Assembly: GCF_035084215.1 (NCBI RefSeq)
Contig: NC_090335.1
Span: forward strand, 47,988,001 to 48,052,000
Length of the DNA: 64,000 nucleotides
Reading direction: 5' to 3'
From: Heptranchias perlo
Lineage: Eukaryota
A model generated the notes under the pieces. The model had not been told where the DNA came from. It saw only the letters and a program-made list of their open reading frames with translations, and made no database searches. Position 1 is the stretch's first letter, and each line of letters starts with the position of its first letter. Below are positions 12,601 through 27,600 of this stretch, piece by piece. The position numbers and the translations under genes are program-made.

Positions 12601-15600
12601 TGTTCTGCCATTCAGTTAGATCATGGCTGATCTGAATCTTAACTCCATTTACCTGCCTTGGTTTCGTAACCATTGATACCCTTGCCTAACAAAAGTCTTA
12701 TTAATCTCAATTTACCTCAATAGCTTTTTGGGGGAGAGAGTTCCAGATTTCCACTGCCCTTTGTGTGAAGAAGTGTTTCCTGGCAGCGCAAACTGGAAAT
12801 TTGGGTGCATTCTATCCACGATTTTCCAACCAGACTGAGTTTGAGCTGGCAGCGTGGACTTGTAAATTTACCCTCAGCAAGATCCAGGAGGTTAGAGACT
12901 CCTAAGCACCAAGATGCTCTGCTGTGAAATTATATGATGTGAATTCCTACACAATTTGTACATCTAATCTCAATGAAGCCATCAAGCAAGGTACTTCGCT
13001 GAGGCCAGGTACTTCGTTAGTGGAAGCCAAGTTGGTAATCATGGGTTTACGTACAAACTGACATGTACTGCCAGTGAAGCTATAAGGATAATTGAACTCA
13101 AATTCTAACACTGTCTACTCTCTAGGAGAGGAAGCAACAAACAGCCAGACCAATCCCTTCGATAAAAGTGGCACCATCTTATTAAATAAACCTATACCCG
13201 ATCAGGGTCCCAGATCTGATGCAACAACTTCACGTTTCAATGATGCTTCTTCGCTGGGGTCAAGTCACTTTTATAACCAGGTGTACAGAGGTAAAATATC
13301 ACAAGAAAGCATTCTTTTAAGAACAATTAGAATCACAGAATGTTACAGCACAAAAACAGGCCATTCGGCCCATCAAGTCAGTGCTGATGTTTTTTTCCTC
13401 TGGGCCATCTTGCCTATTCCCGCTGCTGCTGGTTTCCCATGCCTTTTAATATTCCTCTTTTTCGTGCAACTGTCTAATTCTCTTTTAAAAGCATTTAAGG
13501 ACCATTCAACATCAGTTTGTGCCAGAGTATGATACCTTCTGTTCTTCAACTTGCCCTGGACAAGTTGTTCTTTTTGGCAATCAACTGCTGGTTTCTTCTT
13601 TTTGTCCCCATTAAACTCCTAGTAATTATGTCTCAAATCAGCTCATAGCTTTCTTTGGATATTAGACCAGACAACATTTTGATGCTCCTTTATCTCTCAG
13701 GCTCAGATATGACTAAACCCCTCAACTGGATTTTGGTCATGTAAACCACCCCACAGCAAACATTATATAGAGAAACAACTTAATGTAAACTTTAATTGTG
13801 GATTGAAAACTCTTATTGCTCAGTTGAATCCAAATAAGAACATAATGGATTTTAGCAATGCTTCAGCTTCTTCACAATTATAAATAAGGTGCAATTGTGC
13901 TTTAGTTTTAAAAAAAAAATTACACCACTATTTACCTTGGAGGAATGTTGCTAGGAATATTATATTTCACCTTATCAACTGCTGTCCTGAAAAATAAATA
14001 TTATAGTCTGTTTTTTAAATGTCAGAATCTTCCTTCTGAGCTGTAAGATTCTAAGAATCCTTCTGTGCTGCATTGCAAGACGGTTTGAAATCCTGCTACT
14101 AAATTGTAATTACTGTCAGGTGGCTAATACCGTTAATACTTCAGATCAATACCCCTGCAGGCAATGGTAATGGGAATTCAATTTAGCAGTTCCAAACCAT
14201 ACAGCCACACAGTTATTCCTGCCAGAAAACCAGTATTGGTATTGAACAATGTTACCTTTTTATCTTTATCTTCTCTTTGCTTTTTTAATTCTTCAGTTAG
14301 AACAGTGTTGTCCAATAGAAATCGCTGACTAGCCACCTGCGTGACTACGGCAACACCATTTTAGCCACATGCACTAATTGTAGTGGAAAATGCCTTGCAC
14401 ACAATGCAGGTAAATTTACTTTAGGTGTATATTATCTACCATCATTGTGTGAAACTGTGCAGTCTTTCTCATTCATCATAGTTCGGAATTCTGGCATGAA
14501 TTTATTAGACACACAACATCTTTGTGCAGCTTCTAGATTTTTGTCCAGCAGTTGTGAGCAGTACTTTGACTTCCTCCGCCTGATCGCTTCAAATGTTGAC
14601 TTACACAACAGGATGTGTCAGTCCCACCCCTGCTCTCGATTCGTAACTCAGTTGGAGCTGCTCGTAATTGGTTGGGCTTGTTTTTCCTGCTGACCTGGAG
14701 CAGATATTCCAAGTGGTCAAGTTGCACACCATTTTAGCAGATAGCCAATAAGTAATAACCAAGGAAGTAAAGCACATACAACGATCAAAAAAGGCTAAAG
14801 TACTCATGCATACGATATACGAATATAAGTGTTGAGATCACAAGCCCAACAACGGTCTATTACTCTTTTTTTTAATTTACTAATCTCCTTCGTAACAAGT
14901 GGCTAGTGGCGAATGTATTGGACAACACTGAGTTAGAATGCCACAGACTGAAAACATCTTGACTGCTACTGATGCCATTTTGCACTTTTCACAAAGTGAA
15001 TATATTTGAAACAAAATCCATTTGGTGATGGCTGCTGGAAATTAAAAATTGCCGCTGGGTGCTTGGAATTCCTGAAGAATTGTGCTAGTGACCTAGCAAG
15101 TTTTATCAGCTCTCTGTGCAGATGTAGAATTGTAAATAATGTACTTGCAAAGGTAGGCTCTTTATAAATTGGTCTGTCTCGCAGAGTAGTGGGTCTCAAA
15201 ATTAAGGCTGTGGACCCTGTAGGCAGCAGTACCGTTCTATCACAAAATCCACCATTAGAGGCTGTGTAGCTGTTCACATTTCCTTTTCCACGTTTGATAG
15301 CACCTCTATTATCCAGACTCCAGTTATCTGCTTTTCCAATTACTTGTAAGAATTATTGCAAAATACTGCCTTGTGAGCGGCATCAGTTCACTGCTCAGCT
15401 TTTATATATATTTCATCTCCTTGTCTCTGTTGAATAAAGCCATATAATTTCTTTTGTTATTTGTAGTGTAGCAGTCGTACCATACTCTGGAATTATCTAC
15501 CAATTTCTATTGTCCACAGGGGGCTCCTCCACTATGGCAGATAATAAAGGTTCCGCTATAGATGCATATCTGAGGCTGATAGGAAAAATTCTATACAAGG

Positions 15601-18600
15601 AACTAGAAACATAGAAAATAGGAGCAAGAGTAGGCCATTCGGCCCTTCGGGCCTGCTCCGCCATTCAAAATGATCATGGCTGATCGTCTCACTCAGTGCC
15701 CTGTTCCCGCTTTTTCCCCATATCCCTTGATCCCTTTAGCATTAAGAAACATATCTATCTCCTTCTTGAATACATCTAATGATTTGGCCTCCACTGCCTT
15801 CTGTGGTAGAGAATTCCACAGGTTCACCACCCTCTGAGTGAAGAAATTTCTCCTCATCTCGGTTCTAAATGGCATACCCCGTATCCTGAGACTGTGACCC
15901 CTGGTTCTGGACTCCCCAGCCTTCGGGAACATCCTCCCAGCAACTAATCTGTCTAGTCCTGTTAGAATTTTATATGTTTCGATGAGATCAGTGTTTTATA
16001 TGTTTTGATAGGTGTCAGAATGTGGTCCTTACTTTCAAGTAACTCCTTGGCTTCACACACTCTACTTTTATGCTCCTCTTGCCTTACATCCCCATGTGCA
16101 TTCTCTACTCTCTAACACCAGGATTCTCTTCGTCACCCACTCCTGTCCTTTGGAACCTCTTGCCCAGTTCCTTCTGCCTTGCCAGCCCCTTCCTTGCTTT
16201 CATACACCTCCTCAAAACTTCTCCTTAGCCATGCCTTTGTTCCCCCAACCCTAATCCTCTCCATTTTTGCCCCCAGCCGCTCGACATTCTCTGTTTAGTG
16301 CTCCTTAAAGTAAAGTGCTTTGAGACATGAGTTCTTTAGAAATGCAAGGTGTCGTAAAAGTCTGGTCTTGCTCTAATGGATCTCTTGTTTATTTCAAGAT
16401 CTGTGGTAGAATCTGAACTTCCTAGCAAATTTAAACTTGAGCTTGGTATTGAACTTGTGTTGTGTGGAGAGTGTTCTGATATTTAAATTTACTATTGTGT
16501 TTCTTCCTTTCCCCTCCCCCACACTTTTGTCATTTGAGGTTCCCACTCTATAACACTTTTTTGATATTATGTGTAAAGAGTTGAGTATTCGATGCAACTA
16601 ATTTATGTTGATGTTATTCTTTGATTGAACCACACACTGTGTCTCCACCCACACCCCCCCCCTCCCATTCCTCGCTCAACATTCAAATACAACTTCAATT
16701 ATTTAAAAATATTTTAAACAAAAAATTCTTTATGGTATAATCACAAGTCAGGAGAAGTTTTCTTTTCATTTTTCCTCAATATGCCGCAGGGCAGATAAAC
16801 TTTCTTTTGTTCTGCCTGGTATAGTTGGGATAAGTTTGAACAATTTGTCGCATGGACCCATCTTGCCCTCTACAAGTGTTGTCTTTGAGTGGAATGATGG
16901 TCAGCCGTTTCCCAGGGAGGTTATGCTAGAACTGTATAAAACATTGGTTAGGCCAAAACTTGAGTACTGCGTACAGTTCTGGTCACCACATTACAGGAAA
17001 GATGTGATTATACTAGAGAGGGTACAGAGGAGATTTACAAGGATGTTGCCAGGGCTGGAGAATTTTAGCCACGAGAACAGATTGGATAGGCTGGGATTGT
17101 TTTCTTTGGAACAAAGGAGGCTGAGGGGAGATTTAATTGAGGTATATAAAATTATGACGGGACTAGATAGAGTGGATAGGGAGGACCTGTTTCCCTTAGC
17201 AGAGGGGCCAGTGACCAGGGGGCATAGATTTAAAGTAATTGGTCGAAGGATTAGAGGGGAGCTGAGGAGAAATCTTTTCAGCCAGAGGGCGGTGGGGGTC
17301 TGGAACTCACTGCCTGAAAGGGTGGTAGAGGCAGAAACCTTCAACTCATTTAAAAAGTACTTGGATGAGCATTTGAAGTGCTGTAACCTACAGGGCTACG
17401 AACCAAGTGCTGGAAAGTGGGATTAAGCTGGATGGCTCCTTTTCGGCTGACATAGGTACGATGGGCCGAAAGGCCTCCTTCTGTGCCGTAACTGTCCATG
17501 TTTCTATTTTGCTGCCACAGTTTAAAACAAGGTTAGATGAAATTGAGATAAAATGGCTCATTTTATTAGAAATGTGAAAGAAGCAAATTATGTGGGGAAG
17601 ACAGAGGAATTTGACTGTCCTATATGCAAACAATGGGGATTTCAAGTCCAAATTTTGTTTTTAAGTACAGATTGTAAAGTGTTTTAAAGTTGCCCATTCT
17701 TGATTCCTCTAATCCCACAAGGAATGGAAATCGCTTTGAGAATTGTGAATTATTTATTTCTCTTAATTTCAGCAAATTCTCAGCAGCAAAACCTATACGG
17801 AGGACGAATGACAGAGGATCGACTCCGCACCGTCAAGAACATGACCAGTGAGGCCATTGACCAACTCCACAAATCATTGGAGTCTTGCCCAGATACATCT
17901 GATGAGGCTGAAGATCCACCATATCTCAAGGTAATTGTAAATTAGATTATATTGTTCTGTTTAAATTTGCAGCTTGGTGTACTTTTTCCATTTGGAATTG
18001 ATTTTGGTGATGCCCTGATATTCTCAGCCATGTGGTTCAGTCCTTTAAAGCTGCTTGGCAGGGATGGGATGGGTTTGATCAGTTCTCAGTCAGGGATCCA
18101 TCTACCTCTTTTGCATGTACGCCTTGTGAGTAGATATTATGGGGCCATTGATAATAGTTATAGAGTTGTCTGGATAGGCCCACTTTGCAGCTAAAGAGGA
18201 TTGTGTGATAGTGAGAGAAAATGTTTTGTCCTTCTAGAAATAGCCTAAATGAACCTGAAACGGTAACTGTTTCTTTCTCCACAGATGCTGCATGACCTGC
18301 TGAGTATTTCCAGCATTTTCTGTTTTTATTTCAGATTTCCAGCATCCACAGTATTTTGCTTTTGGTTAAATGAAGTGTTTGTTGTTTCCCACACCTGCTG
18401 CAGTTACGCATAACAAAGCCTTGTTTCCAAAATGTATGTTTGTTGATATCAGTATAAGTAAATGGAGTGCTGAATTCCTTGCTGCTTTCAGAATATGTAG
18501 GGTATGTAATTTCTGAAACTTCTGCAGAATTCTTTTATAGGCTTTCAAACTTTAAATGTCATAAATTAGAGTTGTAAAATATTTCCACGTAATTTTTGAA

Positions 18601-21600
18601 ATTACTTATTTGATAAGGGTCTTCAAAAGATGGAAAGTAAAAAAATATATATATCTTTTCAGTTATCTCCTATCAATAATGTTAGCCAACACCAGTTTTG
18701 CAATCATGTAAAATGACAGGATTATACTGAAAAATTACATTTCTTCCTGTCAGCCAATACTATTATAAACCTCAACCTGTGTCACACACCAGGAAGGAGA
18801 TTTTCTCCCTCAAAAGTTATGATACCCAGCACAAGTCAGCAGCCATGGTGGTCATCGTAGGCAGTAATGGAAGATTTATGTGCCAATGAGGGGGTAAACA
18901 CAACAACTTAAAAGCTGAAGTGACTGTAAATCTGTGTATATTATTAAAGTTCATGGATGTTAACAAGCAATAGGCTTGTGGGGTATGGATGGTAGTTATA
19001 AACTTTCCATACATGTCATTATCAGAAGCTCAATTATGTGGTAGTTTTGTAAGCGGGTTGGCAACTTTTCTATATTTAATACAGAGACTTCCAAAGTTTT
19101 CAGTAAATTCCATCTGCCCAAATTTGAAATTTAGGACAAACGGGAAAATCTGGACAGCTGGATTTTACAAAAAAAGTCAGTGTAGGCAGTAATGGAACTT
19201 TGTAAATGGGCTCTGTACTAAATATGGTAAATTGGCATCGCTGTTGTATTGCATTGCCAACTTTCTGTAGAATGAGCTTTACTAAAGACATTGTAACTGT
19301 TTCATTTCAAGATTCTATTTTGAGAATACAGTAGAATTCTTTTTTTCATGACACCTCCCCACCCCCACCCCCATCTATGACATACACTCCCTTTATTCAA
19401 GAATTTCAATTAATCAGTACATAAAGAGGATAATTTTTGTGGTAGCTATACAAGAGCTGTAGTAAATCCGCCTTAAGTTTGTTTGAGTAATGACAGTACA
19501 ATACTGACTCGATTGACCGCCTTCAAAAAGCATCACTTGTGGACTGACATTAGGAGGCTATACAAAGTTTGCTCAGACCATGATGCTATCAGTCCTCATC
19601 ACATTCAAATGGAATTAGAATTCTATCCATTGCTTTTGTTTAAACTATAAATCCAATAAAAGACTTTGAAGTACGAGTTATAAAATAGGCCTATAAAGTG
19701 GTAAAGTCAGTGTTACAAATTCATAGGTCTATAGTAGATTTTCTTCTGGTCTTAAGTCATGTCCGTAAGCAGACCTCGCGTCTTCTATGATATGGAGAAC
19801 ATCTTTACTATCCAATATCTAGTTAAACTATAGCGTGATCCAGGGATCATAACAATAAGCCCTTGTTGCCTGTGCTACATACGGTGATCTTTCATACGCT
19901 GCTGCATGTCGTCCTCTCTTAGAAGACGGGCTGAAAAGCAGTCTAGTGAGATGGGGCCGGTTGTAAACCAGCAAACTAGTTTATTTTTCGTAGAATATAT
20001 GAATGAACATAATACAGTTTTGTAGTGAGATACATTTATTTACTTTCACTCCTCATACCATAAAAAAAACAAATGCGCAACTTGCCTCTAGTGTAGGCAT
20101 ATGTCACTGTTGTGAACTCTGATTCAGTGGTGTTAGAAGCAGACAAATAGTAGCCCACTACAGTGAGCCCTTAACGTAAAAACACAAACTCTCCTGACCA
20201 GGATAGAGGTCATCCTTTTGCATCCTGCAGCTGCCTGAATAACCTTCTGGTATCTATGTCCTGATTTTTTTTTTAAAAGCCTCTCACCCCGACTCAGAGA
20301 TCAAAAGAATTTGTTAACACCAAGATGCTAGATGTTTTCCTGATTGGCCAGACATTGCTAACAAATTCATAATTGTTTGGAGTCTGTACAAAAAAAAACT
20401 ACCAATGGACAGCCCACTATTGGGTTTGCTGGGGAAACTACTTCTTTCAGGCAAGCTTCTGCCCAAAATACAAGTTGTTTATCTCCAAGTGATTTTCATG
20501 GAAAAGTGGCCAAAAAATTCCAAGCCATGACACATAGCAATCTCTGATGTAACTGGCACTAACCTTTTTCTTGCAGGCTGTACGTGTTCATACTTCAGCC
20601 TGGAACCTTTTAGCCTCCTTGACTGCCTAGAGGGCCAGATCTGTGTCTCTGACCGCCCTAGACTGTTTCTTCCAGAAAACGTTAGAAACAAAGGTGACCT
20701 CTGCCCCCTCCCTCAACTCTGGCAGCACTGTGGACCAATACTTGTTGCAAAATTTAAGTTACCACCTTAAATGACACCCAATCCCCCCATGGTGTGAAAC
20801 CTGGAACCTGCATTGTCTGCCCTGCTAAGCCCCCCTGCAGTTCTAACCCTAGGGTGTGGACTGCTATGGGATGTGCTAAACGACTTCCCTTTGTTTCAAA
20901 GCTGGCACAATTTGTGAAAGTGCACAATTTGATGTATAGTTTTATCTAGTTACAATGATGTGAGCTTATTCTGTTTCATTCTATATTATAGACAAAGCTG
21001 AAAAAGATACTTGATGCATAAAATGTTGAAAACATTTTTTTGAATCTGTCCTTTACAGGTCCCATTGCTAATTCATCAGAAACAAGCATTGGCGTGGTTA
21101 CAGTGGCGGGAGAAGCAAAAACCATCGGGTGGAATACTGGGTAAGAGACCTCTTTTTTTAGGAGGCTTGTAAAAGCTGACCTGATCATGGAAAAATATGT
21201 ACTTTGCATAAAGGGTGGTAGAAGGCAAACAATAAGAATCTTAATTCAAAATAGTGGTTCTCCCTCGTCTTTGCTTATGGCAACTCAAATGATATGCTGT
21301 ATAAAATGACAGGAGCATTCTACCACATAATACACAAAATATTTTTACTGCTAAGTAAATGGCCCATTATTCATACATACCCTGGGAGGAGGGGGTGATA
21401 CCCAGAATGTTTATAACAATTGTCCCTTGTGCTAAATGAAAGTTGACTGGATTCTGGATTGGGATCAGATGTCTGTCCATATTTAGTAATAAGCTAATTA
21501 GGAACAAAAGGGAAGAGTATAAATGTAAAATATTTACACTATTTACCTTTTTTAGCGGATGACATGGGTTTGGGGAAAACTCTAACAATGATTGCACTCA

Positions 21601-24600
21601 TCTTAGCACAACGGTGCAAGGGGAAGAAAGAAAAAGAGAAAAAGCTAGAGGAGTGGATCTCAAAAACCGGTAAGAAGTGGAGATAATTGCAATGATTTAA
21701 ATAACAGGAAAAAAAACATGCACTGTGGATTACCATGGGTCTGTCAACCCCGAGAGCAGAAGCCATGACTTTTTTTGCTGACTCTAGTCCTGGGGTGGGG
21801 CTTCTGACTGAGGTGGGAGTGCTACTGACTGAAACAAGATGATACTTGGCTCGATGATAGCACCTTCGTCTTTGAGTCAGGAGATTGTGGGTTCAAGCTG
21901 CACTTCAGAATTTGAGTACTTTGAGGCTTACACATCGATGCATTACTGATGGAGTGTTGCACTATTGGAGGTGCTGTCCTTCTGATGAAAAGTTAAACTG
22001 GCAACCTGTATGCCTGTTCAGGTGGAAGTAAAAGACCCCACTGCACTATTCGAAGAAAAGCAGGAGAGTTCTTCTGGTGTCCTGACCAATATACTTGCTG
22101 TAGCAGGATCTTGCTGTATGTATAACAAAAGACTGTACTTCAAAAGTCATTTATTGAATGTGAAGTGCTTTCGGATATCCTGAGGTCTTGATTAAGGTGA
22201 TATGTGAATGCAAATTTTTTATGCTTACCATGTAGTCCAGCAGGGTGTACATTATGTGCACATATTTGGGTTGTTTAATTTTACCATCCTGTGCATTGTA
22301 CAGATCATTAAGTGATCACAGTCACCAGTGAGAACAAAAACAATCTATGAATCCAAACACTAATTTGTCATTAAAATTAAATTTTTATAACAGAGAAAAA
22401 AAGTGGTTCTGTAACTTAAAAATGCAAAATTATTGTTCACCTTATAAGTTAGCATCTGTTTATATAGATCAAATCTAAGAGTGAAACTTTTTCATAAACT
22501 TGAAACTGCAGTACTGTACATCTTCCAGGGAGACTGGTGGTTGTAGTTTTTTTTAAACTGTGAATAATTATGTTCAGTGAAATGAGTTGATCCTCTATTA
22601 TATTCTGTATGCAGGCAGTTTTAAAAAAAAAAGCTATACACTTTTTAATTACACTAATTAGAACAAGATTTTTATTTAGGAAATTACGTAAAACAACTTT
22701 CTGATGTTAGATTTTGGAGGTATTTTTAGTTAACACATTAATTAGGGGTTAAACTGGTCTGTTTAAACTATCCCATTGCTTTAGCTGCATCTTTTTTTAA
22801 AAAAAGTTACCTTTTGCAACCACATTTCTTTCCTCAACACTTGCTTTTGCTCAAGGACGGAAAAATATGACCATTATGGTCGGTTAACACCACTGACCAT
22901 ACATGTTGGCGTTATTGAAGAGCTTTAGCTGTATAATGTGTTTGTTAGAATTGCTTGCAAAGCTGGTGATGTAGGAGAGTAATGTAGTTTAAGAAACAAT
23001 AAATCTTTCCTGCATTTGCAATTTAGAAATAAAAGCCTTTTTTAAAGGGTATACCTTGTAGCTTACATGCAAGTTTTCTGTAAAACTTTGGATTAGATAA
23101 AGTACCACAAAATAATTTGTGATGCATTGCATTCTATGTTGGGATTTGATTAAACCACAATGGTTAAACAATTTTCTAACCACCTTTTACAGAAATGCTA
23201 CTTTAGGGACAACATTTGTTTTGCTGGTGTATAGATTGTCCAAAAAGATTCTATAATGAGTAATAGTAGAAATGCAGAGTGAAGTTTTGCCCATATCAGC
23301 ATGGTGTTGGCATGATATCCAGCAAAACCAAGATTGATTCTGTCACCGCTGTCTGGTCATAACCTAATATTACATTCTAACGCCCTTTTCGCAACAGATA
23401 GCACGTTTGTGAACTCCTGTGGGACACTCATCATTTGTCCAGCATCTCTAATCCACCATTGGAAGAAGGAAATCGAGCGGCACGTCTGTGGAAGGAAACT
23501 AAGTATATACATGTACCATGGGCCAAAGAGAGAGAAATCAGCAAAGGCGTGAGTACCTGGAGCACTGTAGTATCCCTACTGTGAAAGTACAATACCATTT
23601 ACAGCTCTGAATATAAAATACTATATTCAGCATTGTATATGCAATATGGTATGCAACTCAGTATTTAATGCAATATACGGAAGACATTTCTATAATATAA
23701 AGTTTGTTCACCTATTTTATTAGAGTTGCGATAAATATAGTTGCTGATCGATCTTTCCAGATTGATATGCTAATTTAACCACCTAATGGATCACTAAATT
23801 TTTAGCATGGTTTTATTAATATTAGCACAGGATTAGATTTGTAAACTTGGGGCTGACCAGACCGCTTAGGCCTCACATACAGGTTCCCTGATATCATGTC
23901 ATATCATGAAATAGTATAATGTAGGTTATTCCTGACATGGGTGAGTTTTTGTTCTTGGATGCTATTTGAGGAAGGCATTAAGCAAAAGCAAGGCACCCCC
24001 ACCACCACCCCCCCCCCCCCCACCCTCCACTCCCTCCCTTAGAGCCACGGAACATTAGTAGGCAAGTCAATCTGTGGTCACCAGAAACCAGGTTAGTACC
24101 AGAATTGGAAGAGGACTGGCACCAGGACACTTGTTTGCCTTATCAGTCAGAGAACAGAGCATAGCAGGGGGACCTAATGAATGGGAAGAAATGTCTCGCA
24201 TAGCTGGAGAAGTTGATGTTGATGAGCAGCTGTGCCCAGGAAGAGAAATTTAACCTTAAACTAAAAATACCATAAGTGGCATTTCTATTAACCGTAATCT
24301 AAGGTATCACAACATTTTCTTATAGCCTTTCAGAATTTGATGTTGTTGTGACAACATATAGCCTTGTTGCAAAGGAGATCCCAGTGAAGAAGGAAAGTGG
24401 GCAGTGTGCAGCCAAAGATGAGGAGGCGAATGTAAGTTAAGAATTTTGCGCAGTGATGTGGTTAGTGATCCCACTTGTAGATTTGAGTAGTATGTAATGC
24501 CTTGCCATCTTCTCGGGTACGCTGCTGCTTTTATGAGTACCCTGCAATTACTGCTTGCTGGAATGATCACCCAACCAACAAATACCAGATCATAATTTCA

Positions 24601-27600
24601 GAATAATTCTGAGCACCTGTGGTATTTTGACAGTGGGATAGCTCACTTGAAATATTTTTTGGAATAAGTGGGTCAGGCAGATTATCAGTGTGCTTTCTAA
24701 TGGGGTAGTTGCAATTTCTATGCTATCAAAAGAGACCATGAAATGATGTTCGTTGTTTCCATAACAGAAAATCTGTTGATCCGGTTAAGGCGAGAGTAAG
24801 CAGTGGTGTACTCCATCTCTTCAATCCAACCATGTTCCATTGAAAACCACACACATACCTTTTGTTCTTATGCTGATTTCAGGCGTTGGCTGAGATAAAG
24901 TCTTCACATTCTCCTCTGCTGAAGTTAGTATGGACTCGGATCATCCTGGATGAAGCTCACAGCATTAAAAACCCCCAAGTACAGACAGCAATGGCTGTGT
25001 GTAAAATCCAGGCTAGAGCACGCTGGGCAGTCACAGGAACGCCCATTCAGAACAACCTTCTGGATATGTACTCCTTGCTCAAGTAAGAAGACAGACCAGA
25101 GCATCCTGGCGTTAAACTTTATTATTAAATTGTGTTCTTTGGACACTTCTATATTTTTGCTAGTATTATGCCCATTAATGACGAGAGCATTTAAAAATTT
25201 ATCATAACATTGTTTCCATTTCTTGAGCTTGTTCCCCTCTTTTTTTACATCTTCAAAATTGTTTTAGATATTGCTCCCAAGTTATGTAGTTGAGACTAGT
25301 TATAGTTAATTGTGGAGCTTGGGATGATTCTAAATTCTCATAGCTCTGCTTTCTAACCTTTCCCTATTTGTTCAGGTTCCTTCACTGTTCCCCATTTGAT
25401 GAGTTCAAGCTCTGGAAGAATCAAGTGGACAATGGTACGAAGAGGGGTGGTGAACGTCTTAATATTATCACCAGAAGCCTTCTGTTGAGGAGAATGAAGG
25501 ACCAGCTTGACACAAGTGGCAAACCTCTGGTATATCAGTCTCTCTTTCAATTTTGACAAAAAAGTCACTATTTATACTGCAAGTTTAGCATTGATCGAAA
25601 GTGATTTTGGCTTTGCGCCAATGCTAAACTGCAGTGTAAAGCTGGCTTTGGGGCCCAGCCTGACTCCATGAAGTGGGTTCTGTGTCAAACCTGTTTACAT
25701 AGTTCTCACGGGGATCTATTTGCACTTTGTAAACACTTCTAATCTCAATTTAAATATTTAGATGGATGTATGGATTCTCCCCCTCTGCTTTCTAGACATT
25801 TAAGTTTTTAACTGCTTGAAGAGGGCTCTGTCTCTACCTGTATCCAGATATGCATACAATTCTCTCCTGAGAAGGTAAATGAGAGCCAGCGAATGTAAAC
25901 AAACTTTTGCCTGGCTGGAACCTAAACTGCTGCAACTAGTCTCAGATAGTAGCTGCTGTGTAACTGCCTTTTAAAGATCTTATTTATTACAAATATATGA
26001 TGTTTATTTTGGAGGAAACACCCAATTGTTTCACCAAAACTTAGTTTCTTTTGAAACCTAATCAGACTGTGACGCTGGGAATGAATATTTATGAAAATAT
26101 AGTATTATTGTAAACTTCAGGATGTACATGGACTTCTTCTGTAACAAAATTGTTCATGCATGTGTTTTGTTTTTCCAGGTTGCCCTGCCTCAACGATTTA
26201 ACCACTCTCATCGACTAAAATTGTCAGAGGACGAGGAAGCTGTTTACAATGTCTTGTTTGCTCGTTCCAGGTATGTTTGAGGAATTGTGTGCTCTGATAT
26301 GCAAGGTGCTATCACTGCTTCCAACTATTTTGATAATCCTGTCCATTACCAGTACAGATTTGGTGCATCTCTCCTATTAAAAAGATGATCGTGTCCAATT
26401 TTTTTTGTGGTTTGGGGGGGAGGATCGACAAAAGGACAAGTGTCATCTTTGTCAGAATGAAATTAAGCACAAGTGACCCAATATATTTCAACACAATTGT
26501 ATTGTTCAATTGTGTATTTGCAAGCCAAAGTAAAAAGGTTTGTCAAATATTTTTTCATGAAGATGGTGAACCCCCTAAATAAGGATTAGATGGCTCAAGT
26601 GATTGAGCTATTCACTTGTGACAAGAGGTTAGTGAGCTTCAGTCACTGGTTCATAGTTGCCACAAAGATGCTATAAGCCAGGACTGCAAAGCCTTGATCA
26701 CAGAGAGCCGCCTTGTCACTTTTCTTTGTGGGCCAAAGAGGTCGCCTAATGTGGAAATCTGCCAATTGCATTAATAGTTTTGTTTACATCTTTCCTATGC
26801 CCTCTGCTAATATACTTTCACCTATAGTTCCTGTACTGTGCCACTCAACTGCCAAAGCTCCCATTCATGGCAGCTGCTGAAACATGATGCTAAACCTTAA
26901 GAAGATCACTCTCTGCACGCTGTACAACTTCAGTGCAAACAACCTTTTAATAATTCTACATCGGTGTAAGCACCTATAGTTTGTTTCTCCACTGCTTCCC
27001 CAAAGCGACAGTGTGTGACATATATCATCTTACACCTTATTCTCGCAGCAGGAGTACATGATGTATCTGGCTGCTCCATAAGAGCTTCTTGGAAATGAGG
27101 TGACTCAAATCTCCGGCAGGTGAGATCTAAGTACTACTGCAAACTCCACCACATCTTCACCTGTGGGACGGCTTGGCTCTGCGCACTTTCTAGCATATGT
27201 GCAGGCACCAGAGTGGAAGAGTCAGTATATGCAGCCATTCTGAGAAGCAGTACCGTGGTTTATGCCTATTTAAGTTATCCCTCTGCTGCTGGGAACTGCT
27301 TCACTGTGGCACTGATTGTTGTGACAGCAGACATAATGGCACCAAAACGATCAGTATACCTGCCTCATGGTTCGTTCTAGTTGAACCCCCAGAGGTGGTC
27401 TGTTCCAACCTGGAACCCAGGTCTCTATGGTGTGAACCATAAACAAAAGATGGTTGATTATTCCCCTTTTTTAGGTATTGAAATATTCTTTAAATAAAAG
27501 TTATATTCCAAATAACAAACTACTGCTAGGCTGCCCTTTGGACAAACCTGTGCATATTACAAAATTTGTTATTTTTTTAATGGTACAATGCTGTTAATTA

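Noticed and set aside
23994-24040. Poly-C tracts (also ~33160 and ~37008) as functional G-quadruplex elements
   Set aside because: Simple intronic homopolymers with no other supporting evidence
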